A stretch of 64,000 bases of DNA from a virus. Its lineage: Duplodnaviria > Caudoviricetes. A program made the position numbers and the translations under genes. The notes beneath the pieces were generated by a model. That model was not told where the DNA came from. It ran no database searches and saw only the letters and a program-made list of their open reading frames with translations. The stretch is taken from the IMG/VR virus record IMGVR_UViG_3300020465_001196; one strand, given 5' to 3'. Of this stretch, positions 18,609 through 27,854 are shown piece by piece; the stretch's first letter is position 1; each line of letters begins with the position of its first letter.

Positions 18609-19272
18609 TTTTTTCTTTCATTTCAAAGTTACTATAAAAATTTAAAAACCAATCCATAAATTCATCTGAATTATTTAAAAATGTTAGTTTTTTTCTATTA
18701 CTAAAAGAGTTTAGTTTTTCTGGTAATTTACCATTAACTTTTAAGTTTGGAATATCTTCAAACCATACTAATTTTTCAATATTTAAATTTTTTTGCTTTT
18801 TTTCTAACTCTTTTAGTCTTGATGCTAAATCATCAAACCATTCTTTTTTATACGTAAATTTTTCTTTTGCTTTTAACATATAATCAAACTTTAATTTAGA
18901 TTCATAATTAACCCATAGTTTAGTTGTAAATCCTAAACCATAACTTAAAAATTGTCCTAATACATCTTTTCTTTTTACAAGAATAACTGGCATTTTAAAT
19001 ATGTAATCAAAAATATGTTTGCTCATATCAGGTCCTGGATGTACTTTAAATATACTTGGTTGAGATAAATCATTTTTAATTCTTAATTTTGTTTCTTGAT
19101 CAATACCTTCTTTATCATGTATATCAGGCCATCCATCATAATGTGGTGAAAAGTGTGCAAATCCAAATTTTTCAGATAGTGGCTTATGCTTTGGATATTC
19201 ATTAGCATACCATTTAGTTATAAAGTTTGTTCCACATCTAGGATTTCCATAAATGATTTTGTGTGGTATCAT
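18592..19272 (-). CDS. Sulfotransferase-like (P-loop) protein
   Basis: YGNPRCGTNF 5'-PSB-like loop; ILVKRKDVLGQFLS 3'-PB-like motif. Confidence 0.6.
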   Translation of the reverse strand: MIPHKIIYGNPRCGTNFITKWYANEYPKHKPLSEKFGFAHFSPHYDGWPDIHDKEGIDQETKLRIKNDLSQPSIFKVHPGPDMSKHIFDYIFKMPVILVKRKDVLGQFLSYGLGFTTKLWVNYESKLKFDYMLKAKEKFTYKKEWFDDLASRLKELEKKQKNLNIEKLVWFEDIPNLKVNGKLPEKLNSFSNRKKLTFLNNSDEFMDWFLNFYSNFEMKEKNENYF

Positions 19273-19715
19273 TTTTCATAAATTGCAGAATTGGCCCCAT
19301 GCTCTGCACATTCAACTTTTACAACATAACATCTATTATCAGTTTTTTCTCTAATAAGTTTGTCTGCAAAGTTAAAGGCGTGTTCCGCAAATTTTTCTGT
19401 GCCAACACCATCCATGATAACAATACTTGCAAGATCCATTTCTTCAAGTTCTTTAAACTTATCTAAATGTGGATCCTTTGCGTCTAATACAAGTTTGTGA
19501 TCAAATGAATCTTCAAGCCATTTTTTTAAAGGCTTTAATCCACCAAAATCAACTGCCCAGTTTTTATTATCTAATTCATCACAACCAAATGTAAATGTAA
19601 ATGCTAGACTATATCCGTGTAGCAAGTGACAATGTGAATGATCTGCGTTGGGCTGTCTAAAAACTGCACTCAACCCAATATTGTGTCCATAGTGTTTTGT
19701 ACTATAATGTGCCAT
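19269..19715 (-). CDS. queD: 6-carboxytetrahydropterin synthase / PTPS family
   Basis: HSHCHLLHGY, WAVDFGGLK, FDHKLV, VECAEHGANSA. Confidence 0.85.
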   Translation of the reverse strand: MAHYSTKHYGHNIGLSAVFRQPNADHSHCHLLHGYSLAFTFTFGCDELDNKNWAVDFGGLKPLKKWLEDSFDHKLVLDAKDPHLDKFKELEEMDLASIVIMDGVGTEKFAEHAFNFADKLIREKTDNRCYVVKVECAEHGANSAIYEK

Positions 19716-19742
19716 ATGTTTCTCCTGTTTCTAACGGCAGAG

Positions 19743-19772
19743 TGTTTTGTGAGGGTTGACGTTGAGTCCTCA
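19743..19772 (-). promoter_or_regulatory. Candidate preQ1-I-like hairpin/pseudoknot in queD leader
   Basis: UGAGG-ACUCAACGUCAAC-CCUCA-CAAAACA between promoter and AGGAG SD; only partly matches the consensus. Confidence 0.35.
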
Positions 19773-19801
19773 TATGCAAAGTGCGTTGTATCATAATGTA
19801 T

Positions 19802-19830
19802 ATAATACACTCAACAACGCACCTTGTCAA
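19802..19830 (-). promoter_or_regulatory. sigma70-type promoter TTGACA-17-TATTAT for queD, bracketed by a 9-bp inverted repeat
   Basis: -35 at 19825-19830, -10 at 19802-19807; GTGCGTTGT (19781-19789) / ACAACGCAC (19814-19822). Confidence 0.75.
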
Positions 19831-19839
19831 GAAGATTAC

Positions 19840-20120
19840 TTATGTGGGTCAAAATCCTTTGTTATATTGGATTCTTTCCCTCTTAAGTAGTGTTTAGATG
19901 GTTCGTAGGATAACCATCTTTTGAACTTTTTCACCTGATCCGACTGGTCGGCTGGCTCTTTCAACGATCTTTGCTGTTTACTAAACACAGCATTGAGCAT
20001 TAAGATCCCGTCGCCCATGGATCTAAATATTTTTTCCATAGACTTATACTCCAATTATTAATTGGGATCGGCTTACCGTCTTTTGATGTAATCTGAGGCG
20101 TTGGGCTTACTACCATTTGT
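19840..20120. ncRNA. Candidate structured non-coding RNA (overlaps doubtful ORF 19836-20054)
   Basis: Six short inverted repeats in about 220 nt, GC content visibly above background, no recognisable protein motif. Confidence 0.35.
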
Positions 20121-20137
20121 ACTTATATTTTTTCTCT

Positions 20138-20158
20138 AAAAAGAAGCCTATAATAGGC
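20138..20158 (-). terminator. Possible terminator downstream of rplK
   Basis: Minus strand GCCTA-TTA-TAGGC followed by TTCTTTTT. Confidence 0.45.
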
Positions 20159-20271
20159 CAAATTTTAAATCCAAAATTGTCAAGACTATATTAATAGATT
20201 TATTCGAAAACAAATTATTTCAAAAATGCTGATATGCAAATAATACATAACAAAATTATTTTGCTATGCGT

Positions 20272-20694
20272 TTATTTTACAACTTCAATACTCATTGATC
20301 GACATGAACCTTCAACTTGCTTCATTGCTTGTTCTACTGTAAAAGCATTCATATCTACCATTTTCTTTTCAGCTATTTCTTTTACTTGAGCTTTGGTGAT
20401 TCGCTTTATTATCGAACGACCAGGTGTTCTTCCACCCTTTTTTAAACCAACGGCTTTAAGTATGAAATAAGAAACAGGAGGTTGTTTTAGCTCAAAGTCA
20501 AAGGACTTGTCCTTATATACCTTAATAGTAACTGGTATTGGACCTTCAAGAGATTTTGTTTTATCATTAAACTTCTTACAGAAGTCCATGATATTCACAC
20601 CTCTTTGTCCTAGAGCTGGTCCTACCGGTGGGGCAGGTTTGGCTTGTCCGGCTTGAATCTGTAACTTAATTAAGCCAACAACTTCTTTTGCCAT
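20272..20694 (-). CDS. rplK: 50S ribosomal protein uL11
   Basis: [60 protein letters not shown]; AGGAG SD. Confidence 0.97.
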   Translation of the reverse strand: MAKEVVGLIKLQIQAGQAKPAPPVGPALGQRGVNIMDFCKKFNDKTKSLEGPIPVTIKVYKDKSFDFELKQPPVSYFILKAVGLKKGGRTPGRSIIKRITKAQVKEIAEKKMVDMNAFTVEQAMKQVEGSCRSMSIEVVK

Positions 20695-20705
20695 AAGTCT
20701 CCTTT

Positions 20706-20975
20706 TTATTGTGCTGGTGTATTATCAGCAGGTGCTTCGTTAGATGCTTCTGCAGACGCTTCACCAGGTGTTTCTAATAACTTTAATCCAGTAGCAACCG
20801 GTTTGCCATTATGCTCTTTAACTTCGTACTCAAGAGCTTGACCTTGGTCTACTTTTGTAATGTTTGCTTCTTTAAAAGCAGTAACATGAACAAAAACATC
20901 TTTGCCACCATCATCTGGTACTATGAATCCAAAACCTTTTGCTCCATTATACCATTTTAGTTTACCTGTACTCAT
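20706..20975 (-). CDS. Cold-shock domain RNA chaperone
   Basis: [29 protein letters not shown] (RNP1/RNP2). Confidence 0.95.
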   Translation of the reverse strand: MSTGKLKWYNGAKGFGFIVPDDGGKDVFVHVTAFKEANITKVDQGQALEYEVKEHNGKPVATGLKLLETPGEASAEASNEAPADNTPAQ

Positions 20976-20985
20976 TTGGTCTCCT

Positions 20986-21243
20986 TTATGTCCTATTAAT
21001 ATTTATAGAGGATGACTCGCCTCTATTCTTGTTGTAATATACCTTGTAAGCACCACCAGTTGGTAGCAACTCACAGGATTTCAACTTTGGATTTGTATCA
21101 ACCCAATGTTGGAATTCTTCTTGCATTTTACCTTTGCCTGTAATAACTGTTACGTATTTCATATCTTTACTATCATCAATAAATTTTTTAAATTCTTCCC
21201 AAGCCTCGTGTATGTAATAACCATGTAAATCTAATATTGGCAT
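20986..21243 (-). CDS. Stand-alone Smr-domain endonuclease
   Basis: LDLHGYYIHEA, VTVITGKG, GGAYKV. Confidence 0.85.
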   Translation of the reverse strand: MPILDLHGYYIHEAWEEFKKFIDDSKDMKYVTVITGKGKMQEEFQHWVDTNPKLKSCELLPTGGAYKVYYNKNRGESSSININRT

Positions 21244-21246
21244 ACA

Positions 21247-23316
21247 CTATTTGTTTGCTCCTACTATTTCTTCTTGTACGTTACTTGGTACAATTTCATA
21301 ACTATTAAATTCCATGCTGTATGACGCTCTACCGCTTGTTAAAGAACGTAAATTACCAACATAACCAAACATAGATGCTAATGGAACTAGTGCATCTAAT
21401 ACTAAACCATTACCTCTTGGTTCTTGTCCTCTAATCTGTCCTCTACGTGAACTTAAATCACCTATTACATCTCCTAAATATTCTTCAGGTGTAATAACTT
21501 CTACTTTCATCATAGGTTCTAATAATACTGGGCCTGCTTGTTTTATGCCTTCCCTAAAAGCGGCTCTTGCCGCAATTTCAAATGCAATTGCTGATGAATC
21601 AACGTCGTGATATTTTCCATCTAGCAATGTTACTTTATAATCTACTGTTGGCCATCCTGCTAATACTCCTGAATAACCTTGTGTTTTAAATCCATCTTCT
21701 ACTGATGGTATAAATTCTTTTGGCACGTTACCACCTTTAATTTCATCTGTAAATGAATAACCATCACCACGTTCACCTGGTTCAATATTACAAACAATAT
21801 GTGCAAACTGTCCTGAACCACCTGATTGTTTTTTGTGTGTGTAAGTTACTTCATATGATTTTGTTATTGTTTCTCTATAAGCAACTTGTGGTTTACCAAT
21901 ATTAGCACCAACTTTAAATTCTCTTTTCATTCTGTCAACAATAATTTCTAAATGCAACTCACCCATTCCACTTAAAATTGTTTGACCTGTTTCTTGATCT
22001 GTTTTAACTCTTAAACTTGGATCTTCTTGTACAAACTTACCAAGTGCTTCTCCCATTTTTTCTTGGTCGTCTTTTGTTTTTGGTTCTACTGCAATATCAA
22101 TAACTGGTTCTGGGAATACCATACGTTCTAATACTACTTCACTATCTTGTGCAACTAGTGTATCACCAGTTGTAACATTTTTTAATCCTACAAATGCAAT
22201 AATGTCACCAGCTTGAATACTTTTTACTTCTTCTTTAGAGTCGGCGTGCATTTCATATATTCTACCAATACGTTCTTTTTCATCTCTTGTTGAGTTATAA
22301 AGTGTATCTCCTGAACTTGCTTTACCACTATATACTCTAGCAAATGTTAATGCACCATATTTGTCATTAATAATTTTAAATGCTAATGCACTAAATGGTA
22401 GTGATGGATCTGATTTAATTGGATCTTTTTGTTCACCGTTTTCATCTATAGACCATATTGCATCAACTTCAGTTGGTGCAGGCAGATAACTTACTACAGC
22501 ATCTAGTAATGGTTGTACACCTTTGTTTTTAAATGCACTTCCACAAAGTACTGGAACAAAGTCAAATGCAACTGTACCTTTTCTAATACAAGATTTAATT
22601 TGCTCTACTGTAGGTTCAGTTCCTTCTAAATATAATTCCATAATTGCTTCATCTTGTTCAACTACAGTATCAATTAATTCTGTTCTATACTTTTCAGCAT
22701 CAGCTTTCATATCTTCTGGAATTTCTTGTTCACTAAATGAAGCACCTAGTTGCTCACCGTCCCAAACTATTGCTTTCATAGTAACTAAATCTACAATACC
22801 TTTTAAATTAGATTCTGCTCCAATTGGTAATGTTAAGATAACCGGTGATGCTCCTAATCTTTCTTTGATCATATCAACACATCTTAAAAAGTCAGCCCCT
22901 GTTCTATCAAGTTTGTTTACAAAACAAAGTCTTGGAACTCTATATTGGTCTGCTAAACGCCAGTTTGTTTCTGATTGTGGTTCTACACCTGCTACACCAT
23001 CAAATACTACAACAGCACCATCAAGTACTCTTAATGATCTGTTTACTTCAATGTTAAAGTCAATGTGACCTGGTGTATCAATAATATTAATTCTGTGATC
23101 ATCCCAAAAAACTGTAGTTGCCGCGGATGTAATTGTTATACCACGTTCTTGTTCTTGTTCCATGTAATCCGTTGTCGCGGCCCCATCATGAACTTCACCA
23201 ATTTTATGTGATTTTCCTGTGTAATATAGTATCCGTTCTGTCGTTGTTGTTTTACCAGCATCAACGTGTGCTATAATACCTATATTTCTATATCTATTTA
23301 AATCTTTTATATTCAT
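21247..23316 (-). CDS. fusA: Elongation factor G
   Basis: [74 protein letters not shown]; full five-domain length. Confidence 0.99.
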   Translation of the reverse strand: MNIKDLNRYRNIGIIAHVDAGKTTTTERILYYTGKSHKIGEVHDGAATTDYMEQEQERGITITSAATTVFWDDHRINIIDTPGHIDFNIEVNRSLRVLDGAVVVFDGVAGVEPQSETNWRLADQYRVPRLCFVNKLDRTGADFLRCVDMIKERLGASPVILTLPIGAESNLKGIVDLVTMKAIVWDGEQLGASFSEQEIPEDMKADAEKYRTELIDTVVEQDEAIMELYLEGTEPTVEQIKSCIRKGTVAFDFVPVLCGSAFKNKGVQPLLDAVVSYLPAPTEVDAIWSIDENGEQKDPIKSDPSLPFSALAFKIINDKYGALTFARVYSGKASSGDTLYNSTRDEKERIGRIYEMHADSKEEVKSIQAGDIIAFVGLKNVTTGDTLVAQDSEVVLERMVFPEPVIDIAVEPKTKDDQEKMGEALGKFVQEDPSLRVKTDQETGQTILSGMGELHLEIIVDRMKREFKVGANIGKPQVAYRETITKSYEVTYTHKKQSGGSGQFAHIVCNIEPGERGDGYSFTDEIKGGNVPKEFIPSVEDGFKTQGYSGVLAGWPTVDYKVTLLDGKYHDVDSSAIAFEIAARAAFREGIKQAGPVLLEPMMKVEVITPEEYLGDVIGDLSSRRGQIRGQEPRGNGLVLDALVPLASMFGYVGNLRSLTSGRASYSMEFNSYEIVPSNVQEEIVGANK

Positions 23317-23343
23317 TTGTATTAAGTATGTAGTTTACTCTAT

Positions 23344-23754
23344 TTATATTTTACCTTCTTTAATCAGCCTCTTACGATTGCTTAAATGCATTTTTTGTAT
23401 ATCATCTTTACTCTGTCCATTGTACACTACTGCATAGCCTTCGTCAACCATTTTCTGATTAATTGTGGTTTTATCATATATAAACTCTCCCAATATACGA
23501 CCAAACTTACCTGTTTTGTCTTTATGGGTTCTTAATACTGCTGATGATCCCACTGGATAGTGGGTTTTTAAATAATTTTTTGATAATATTCCAAATTTCT
23601 TTTCTTCTTTATCACGTGTTCTAGATTCTGGAGTATCTATTCCTAGTAATCTAACACGTTCTTTGTGCATCCATGTACCAAATCCTAGATCTACATCTAC
23701 GTCAACGGTATCACCATCCACTATTCTAAGTATTTTACATCTATATTCGTACAT
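23344..23754 (-). CDS. Thermonuclease (SNase-like)
   Basis: RIVDGDTVDV, RVRLLGIDTPESR, GKFGRILG, INQKMVDEGYA. Confidence 0.92.
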   Translation of the reverse strand: MYEYRCKILRIVDGDTVDVDVDLGFGTWMHKERVRLLGIDTPESRTRDKEEKKFGILSKNYLKTHYPVGSSAVLRTHKDKTGKFGRILGEFIYDKTTINQKMVDEGYAVVYNGQSKDDIQKMHLSNRKRLIKEGKI

Positions 23755-23761
23755 TTATTTT

Positions 23762-23944
23762 TTAATTAATTTGTGCTAACTGTTGGTTATTTTCAATATG
23801 TAATATTTTGTCTTTAATCCAAAGTTTTCTTTTTTTCATTACTGTGAGCTTAACTTCATCATCACCATTTGTTGTTAATTTTTCAATCGCAATGTGTAAT
23901 CTTGCGTGTTCGTCCTTTAGTTGTTCTAATTCACCATTTACCAT
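23762..23944 (-). CDS. YdcH/DUF465-like small coiled-coil protein
   Basis: LEQLKDEHARLHIAIE...MKKRKLWIKDKI. Confidence 0.75.
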   Translation of the reverse strand: MVNGELEQLKDEHARLHIAIEKLTTNGDDEVKLTVMKKRKLWIKDKILHIENNQQLAQIN

Positions 23945-23945
23945 T

Positions 23946-24197
23946 TTACTCGTCTCCTTTTTTATCTAATTCTACGTCTAAATGTTCAACTGTGTATTCA
24001 GAATCATCATCTTTAACTGTTGGAGTAACTATTATTTTAGCACCTTTACTTTCAGAAAGTTCAAAAACTAACGTTCCTTCAGATTCTTCGTTACCTAACA
24101 TTCCTTTATCATAAAGATATTGTGCAAATGCATCTACTACTTCTTGATATGTTAAATTAAAAGTTTTAGAATCGTTGTTATTGTTATTATCTGTCAT
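23946..24197 (-). CDS. Hypothetical protein
   Basis: 83-aa acidic ORF in operon context. Confidence 0.55.
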   Translation of the reverse strand: MTDNNNNNDSKTFNLTYQEVVDAFAQYLYDKGMLGNEESEGTLVFELSESKGAKIIVTPTVKDDDSEYTVEHLDVELDKKGDE

Positions 24198-24208
24198 TAT
24201 TTTGCCTG

Positions 24209-24700
24209 TTACAAGTATTTCCTAATATTTACTAACCTTACTAACATTTTTGTATCTTCCGTGCTGTATAAATCTTGCATTTTTTCAGCATGACGACATT
24301 GATCCATAAATTTTTTATACTCTGGATTTGTGTCTTCTGTTGTATTTAGCCATTCGTCTTTAAATTCACCAAATGATTGATCAATCCCCTCCCATGGTTC
24401 TGATCTTTTTACTCTTAAATCAACCCACCATGTGTATAGAATTCTAATTTCATCTAGTGCAGATTGATATGTTGGGTTTTTTTTATTTTGTGATTTTAAC
24501 CAATCAATACCATTTAGTCCATCTTCTTTACTTCTATATGTTGTATCTGTTGTCATTTTGTAAATTTGTGCAATTACACACTCAACATAGTCCACAAGTT
24601 GTATAAAATTGTTTTCTAATATGTTATCTCCAAACGTTTTTTTATCACTAGGATGTTTAGATGATGGGAATAACTCTTTTATTTTACTAATCAATGTCAT
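24209..24700 (-). CDS. Hypothetical protein (leaderless promoter TTGACT-17-TAATAT at 24735-24707)
   Basis: 163-aa ORF; -10 element lies 6 nt before ATG. Confidence 0.65.
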   Translation of the reverse strand: MTLISKIKELFPSSKHPSDKKTFGDNILENNFIQLVDYVECVIAQIYKMTTDTTYRSKEDGLNGIDWLKSQNKKNPTYQSALDEIRILYTWWVDLRVKRSEPWEGIDQSFGEFKDEWLNTTEDTNPEYKKFMDQCRHAEKMQDLYSTEDTKMLVRLVNIRKYL

Positions 24701-24735
24701 ACTATAATATTACTATATTTTTTAGTAAAAGTCAA

Positions 24736-25659
24736 TTAGTTGTCTTTTTTTACTAAAGTAAATTGCTCACTTATATTACCCTGAAATGAGTAATTGCCAT
24801 AATGATCTAAATCAACTGACGGATCCATCCAAATTTCTCCATCTATATCTTGCCAACGTCTGCAAAATGTATAATCTTCTGATAGATATCTTTTACTAAT
24901 TGGATCAATCATTGTGTCAAATAACGAATAAAAATACGGATTATATTTTGGATTTGTATTGAGATCGTTGTTGTATTTTAAATCAGAATATTTTTCTGTC
25001 ATTTTTTGAATACAAGATTTTTTAATCATCATAAATCCAGTTCCAGCATCTAGTACAGGAATAAGTCCTTCAACAATTGGTATCTCTTCTTGATCTCGAT
25101 GTTCACGTTTAATATTGATAACGTATTGAGCTTGATGCTTTGCTAGATTCCAAGCATCATCTGAACTGTATGTACTTGCCATTTGATGTACACCTGGCCA
25201 GTTAATTGATTTTTTAGGATATGCTCCTGTTACTACTTCTTTATCTCTGTGCATAAGTTTAATAACATCTTGAGGATTAAATCCAATGTCTGCATCAATA
25301 AACATAAGATGAGTATAAATTGGATTTTCTAAAAACATTGCTACCAAAGTATTACGAGCTCTAGTAACTAAACTTTCATTTGCAATTGTTGCCAATGTAA
25401 ATTGTAAATCGTGATGCTTAAAAAGAATTGATAATTGTGTCATTGCCTTTAAATATGGTTCACCAATCATACCACCATAACACGGTGTTGCTATAAACAC
25501 ATGGTTGTCTCTTAATTTTTTTAAATCAACATTTATTGTTTCTTGCATTTCAGGACGTAAAGGAACACCTGCTTTTTCTTTTTCTTTTTTTGCTTGACTT
25601 TCAAGTTCAGCTAATTTTTCAGCTTTTCTTTTTTCAAATGCTTCATCTTTTTTACTCAT
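24736..25659 (-). CDS. Glycosyltransferase-like (GT-A) protein
   Basis: VFIATPCYGG, ESLVTRARN, HLMFIDADI (DxD), GTGFMMI, YLSEDYTFC. Confidence 0.7.
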   Translation of the reverse strand: MSKKDEAFEKRKAEKLAELESQAKKEKEKAGVPLRPEMQETINVDLKKLRDNHVFIATPCYGGMIGEPYLKAMTQLSILFKHHDLQFTLATIANESLVTRARNTLVAMFLENPIYTHLMFIDADIGFNPQDVIKLMHRDKEVVTGAYPKKSINWPGVHQMASTYSSDDAWNLAKHQAQYVINIKREHRDQEEIPIVEGLIPVLDAGTGFMMIKKSCIQKMTEKYSDLKYNNDLNTNPKYNPYFYSLFDTMIDPISKRYLSEDYTFCRRWQDIDGEIWMDPSVDLDHYGNYSFQGNISEQFTLVKKDN

Positions 25660-26021
25660 TACTCATCTCCTGGTCCTGGTTTTTCAGATAACAATGATGT
25701 TTTATCTTCTTTATAAGTTTCAGGATCATATTCTTTATGTTCTGGCATTGCATCTTTCTTTTTTGTTATGTTTGGCCATTGTTTGCTATACATAGTATTT
25801 AGTTCTACCCATTTGTCAATTTCTTCTTTAGGAACAGATGTATCAGTATCTGCTCGAATGGCATCAACTGGACATTCTGGTTCGCAAACGCCACAGTCTA
25901 TACACTCATCAGGATTAATTGCTAAAAAATTTTCGCCTTCAAAGAAACAATCTACAGGACAAACTTCAACGCAATCTGTGTGCTTACACATTACACATTT
26001 GTCATTTACATAATACGTCAT
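25659..26021 (-). CDS. fdxA: 7Fe ferredoxin (FdxA family)
   Basis: [43 protein letters not shown]...WPNIT. Confidence 0.93.
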   Translation of the reverse strand: MTYYVNDKCVMCKHTDCVEVCPVDCFFEGENFLAINPDECIDCGVCEPECPVDAIRADTDTSVPKEEIDKWVELNTMYSKQWPNITKKKDAMPEHKEYDPETYKEDKTSLLSEKPGPGDE

Positions 26022-26064
26022 AATAAATAATACTATATTTTATGGTATTTAGTCAAGGATAATT

Positions 26065-26841
26065 ATGGGTATTTTAAATGATAAATCAATAGCATCTTTA
26101 AAAAACATTACTGATGCTGTTAATGACAGAGGAAATTATAAATGGTATGATTTGGATCGCGATCTTTCTAATGAACAAACTGATTGTATTTTAAATAGTA
26201 TTCAAAAAGCCCCATTTAAAGCATATCCTTTTTATGATCAAACAGATTTATTACAATTCCCACATTCAGTTAGTCATAGTGATTATTTAAAAATAGCACT
26301 AACTAATTCTGAACAAGGACAACTAATTAAACAATACATTTGGGCAAATATATCCATAACTGAAGACAATGATACATGGGTTTGGAGTAAAGAAGATCTT
26401 GAAATATATAAAAATTTTGTTAGTGAACAATATAAAGCAATATTTGATAATCCTACAGAACTTATAAAAAGAAATAATACGCAATTATTTGCTCCACTTG
26501 TTATACTATACTTTCAAAAAGAGTGTAATTCATATGACGATGGTCCTAGCTGTAGCAAAGGAGTTAATCTTGGTGTAATGGCTACGTCTGCATTATGGTG
26601 CGGTATGTCAATGGGATTACACAATACTTTTTGTGGATGTATAAATTATGCACAAGTTGATACAAAGATGTTTGATGAATTAAATCGATTATTAGGTATA
26701 TCTAATAACTTTAAACTTTCATTAATGTCATGCCATGGATACTCATATATTAAAAATAAAGTAAAGGCCAGTGCAACAATTAAAGAAAAAAGAGAACGAA
26801 GTCTTGGTCCAAGCATTCACACAAAAATTAAAAAATATTAA
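26065..26841 (+). CDS. Nitroreductase-like protein
   Basis: KWYD..D.S.EQ.D.IL..IQKAP N-terminus; NLGV.A...MSMGLHNTFCGC; one of very few plus-strand genes. Confidence 0.5.
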   Translation: MGILNDKSIASLKNITDAVNDRGNYKWYDLDRDLSNEQTDCILNSIQKAPFKAYPFYDQTDLLQFPHSVSHSDYLKIALTNSEQGQLIKQYIWANISITEDNDTWVWSKEDLEIYKNFVSEQYKAIFDNPTELIKRNNTQLFAPLVILYFQKECNSYDDGPSCSKGVNLGVMATSALWCGMSMGLHNTFCGCINYAQVDTKMFDELNRLLGISNNFKLSLMSCHGYSYIKNKVKASATIKEKRERSLGPSIHTKIKKY

Positions 26842-26851
26842 TTAATAATTA

Positions 26852-26941
26852 TGGCGGAGAGGGTGAGATTCGAACTCACGAAAGAGTTGCCCCTTTGCCG
26901 GTTTTCAAGACCGGTGCTTTCAACCGCTCAGCCACCTCTCC
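26852..26941 (-). tRNA. tRNA-Ser(TGA)
   Basis: GGAGAGGTGGCTGAGCGGTTGAAAGCA-CCGGT-CTTGAAA-ACCGG, long variable arm, GTTCGAATC, CTCTCCGCCA. Confidence 0.97.
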
Positions 26942-26954
26942 GTGTATTAGATTA

Positions 26955-27845
26955 CTACGTAAATTTCTTTATTGTTTGTAATAATCCAAAGCCTGCTATG
27001 CCGGCTGTAATTAAATGTTTTAAACAAGGATCACTCATTAATCCATCTAACAAGCCCGCGATTGCGGCATTAGTAATTCTTAGTACTGCACCTGCTAAAT
27101 TTTTTAAATCTTGTAAAATCATATTTGCTAACTGTGTGATAAAACCAATTATCCCAGATATTAAATTTAACAAACCAAGTGCTTGGCTAATAAATCCTAA
27201 AACTTTAGAAAGTATAGCACCACCTCTTGATATTGCACCAAACAAATCGTCAATAAATTTACAAGGTCCTGTGCCTACTTGAGCCGCGGCGCCTAGTGAT
27301 GTATTAAGTGCATTTAATCCTTGACCTATTGACAACATTTGTCCAACTGGTTTTGGCAATTGTCCACTTGGTAAATGAAATGATTTGTGCTTACCAATCA
27401 TACTGAATAAATTATTTTGTCCCCAATCGTTTTGTTCAACACCACTTTGTATATTTCCATGTCTATGGAAATCATTTAATATACCATTTACTTGTTGTAA
27501 TTGATCTACTTCGGCATCATTCATTGGTCGACCAAGTTCAGTAACAGTAGCTCTATTTGATGCATTTGGATTATCCCAACCATGTGGCATAGCATTCATA
27601 CCAACCCAACCAGTACCGTTACCATTATACAATTTATCTTTTATTGCCGCTTCAGTATCGTAGTTTGGATTTTTCCATGCTGTTTGTGTTTGTATTGAAT
27701 TGCCATATAAGTCTGTTGTATCTTTTAAATCAAAATATCCATTTTTTAAACTTTCTTTTGCAATTGATCCTAGACTTTGTGATACTGCTGTACCATCAAA
27801 ATTTGAAAATATACTCGACCCATCACCTGGTAAAATTGTTGACAT
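26955..27845 (-). CDS. Putative virion (baseplate/tail-associated) protein
   Basis: Directly downstream of PAAR gene; C-terminal amphipathic/hydrophobic helices; no diagnostic motif. Confidence 0.45.
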   Translation of the reverse strand: MSTILPGDGSSIFSNFDGTAVSQSLGSIAKESLKNGYFDLKDTTDLYGNSIQTQTAWKNPNYDTEAAIKDKLYNGNGTGWVGMNAMPHGWDNPNASNRATVTELGRPMNDAEVDQLQQVNGILNDFHRHGNIQSGVEQNDWGQNNLFSMIGKHKSFHLPSGQLPKPVGQMLSIGQGLNALNTSLGAAAQVGTGPCKFIDDLFGAISRGGAILSKVLGFISQALGLLNLISGIIGFITQLANMILQDLKNLAGAVLRITNAAIAGLLDGLMSDPCLKHLITAGIAGFGLLQTIKKFT

Positions 27846-27854
27846 AATTATTCC

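Noticed and set aside
19840-20120. Assignment of the structured region to tmRNA, RNase P, SRP or 6S RNA
   Set aside because: Diagnostic sequences (tRNA-like ends and tag frame, GAGGAAAGUCC, SRP helix-8 motif) were not found; kept only as an unassigned candidate
26851-27282. 143-aa plus-strand ORF MAERVRFELT...
   Set aside because: Antisense translation of tRNA-Ser and of the 26955-27845 gene
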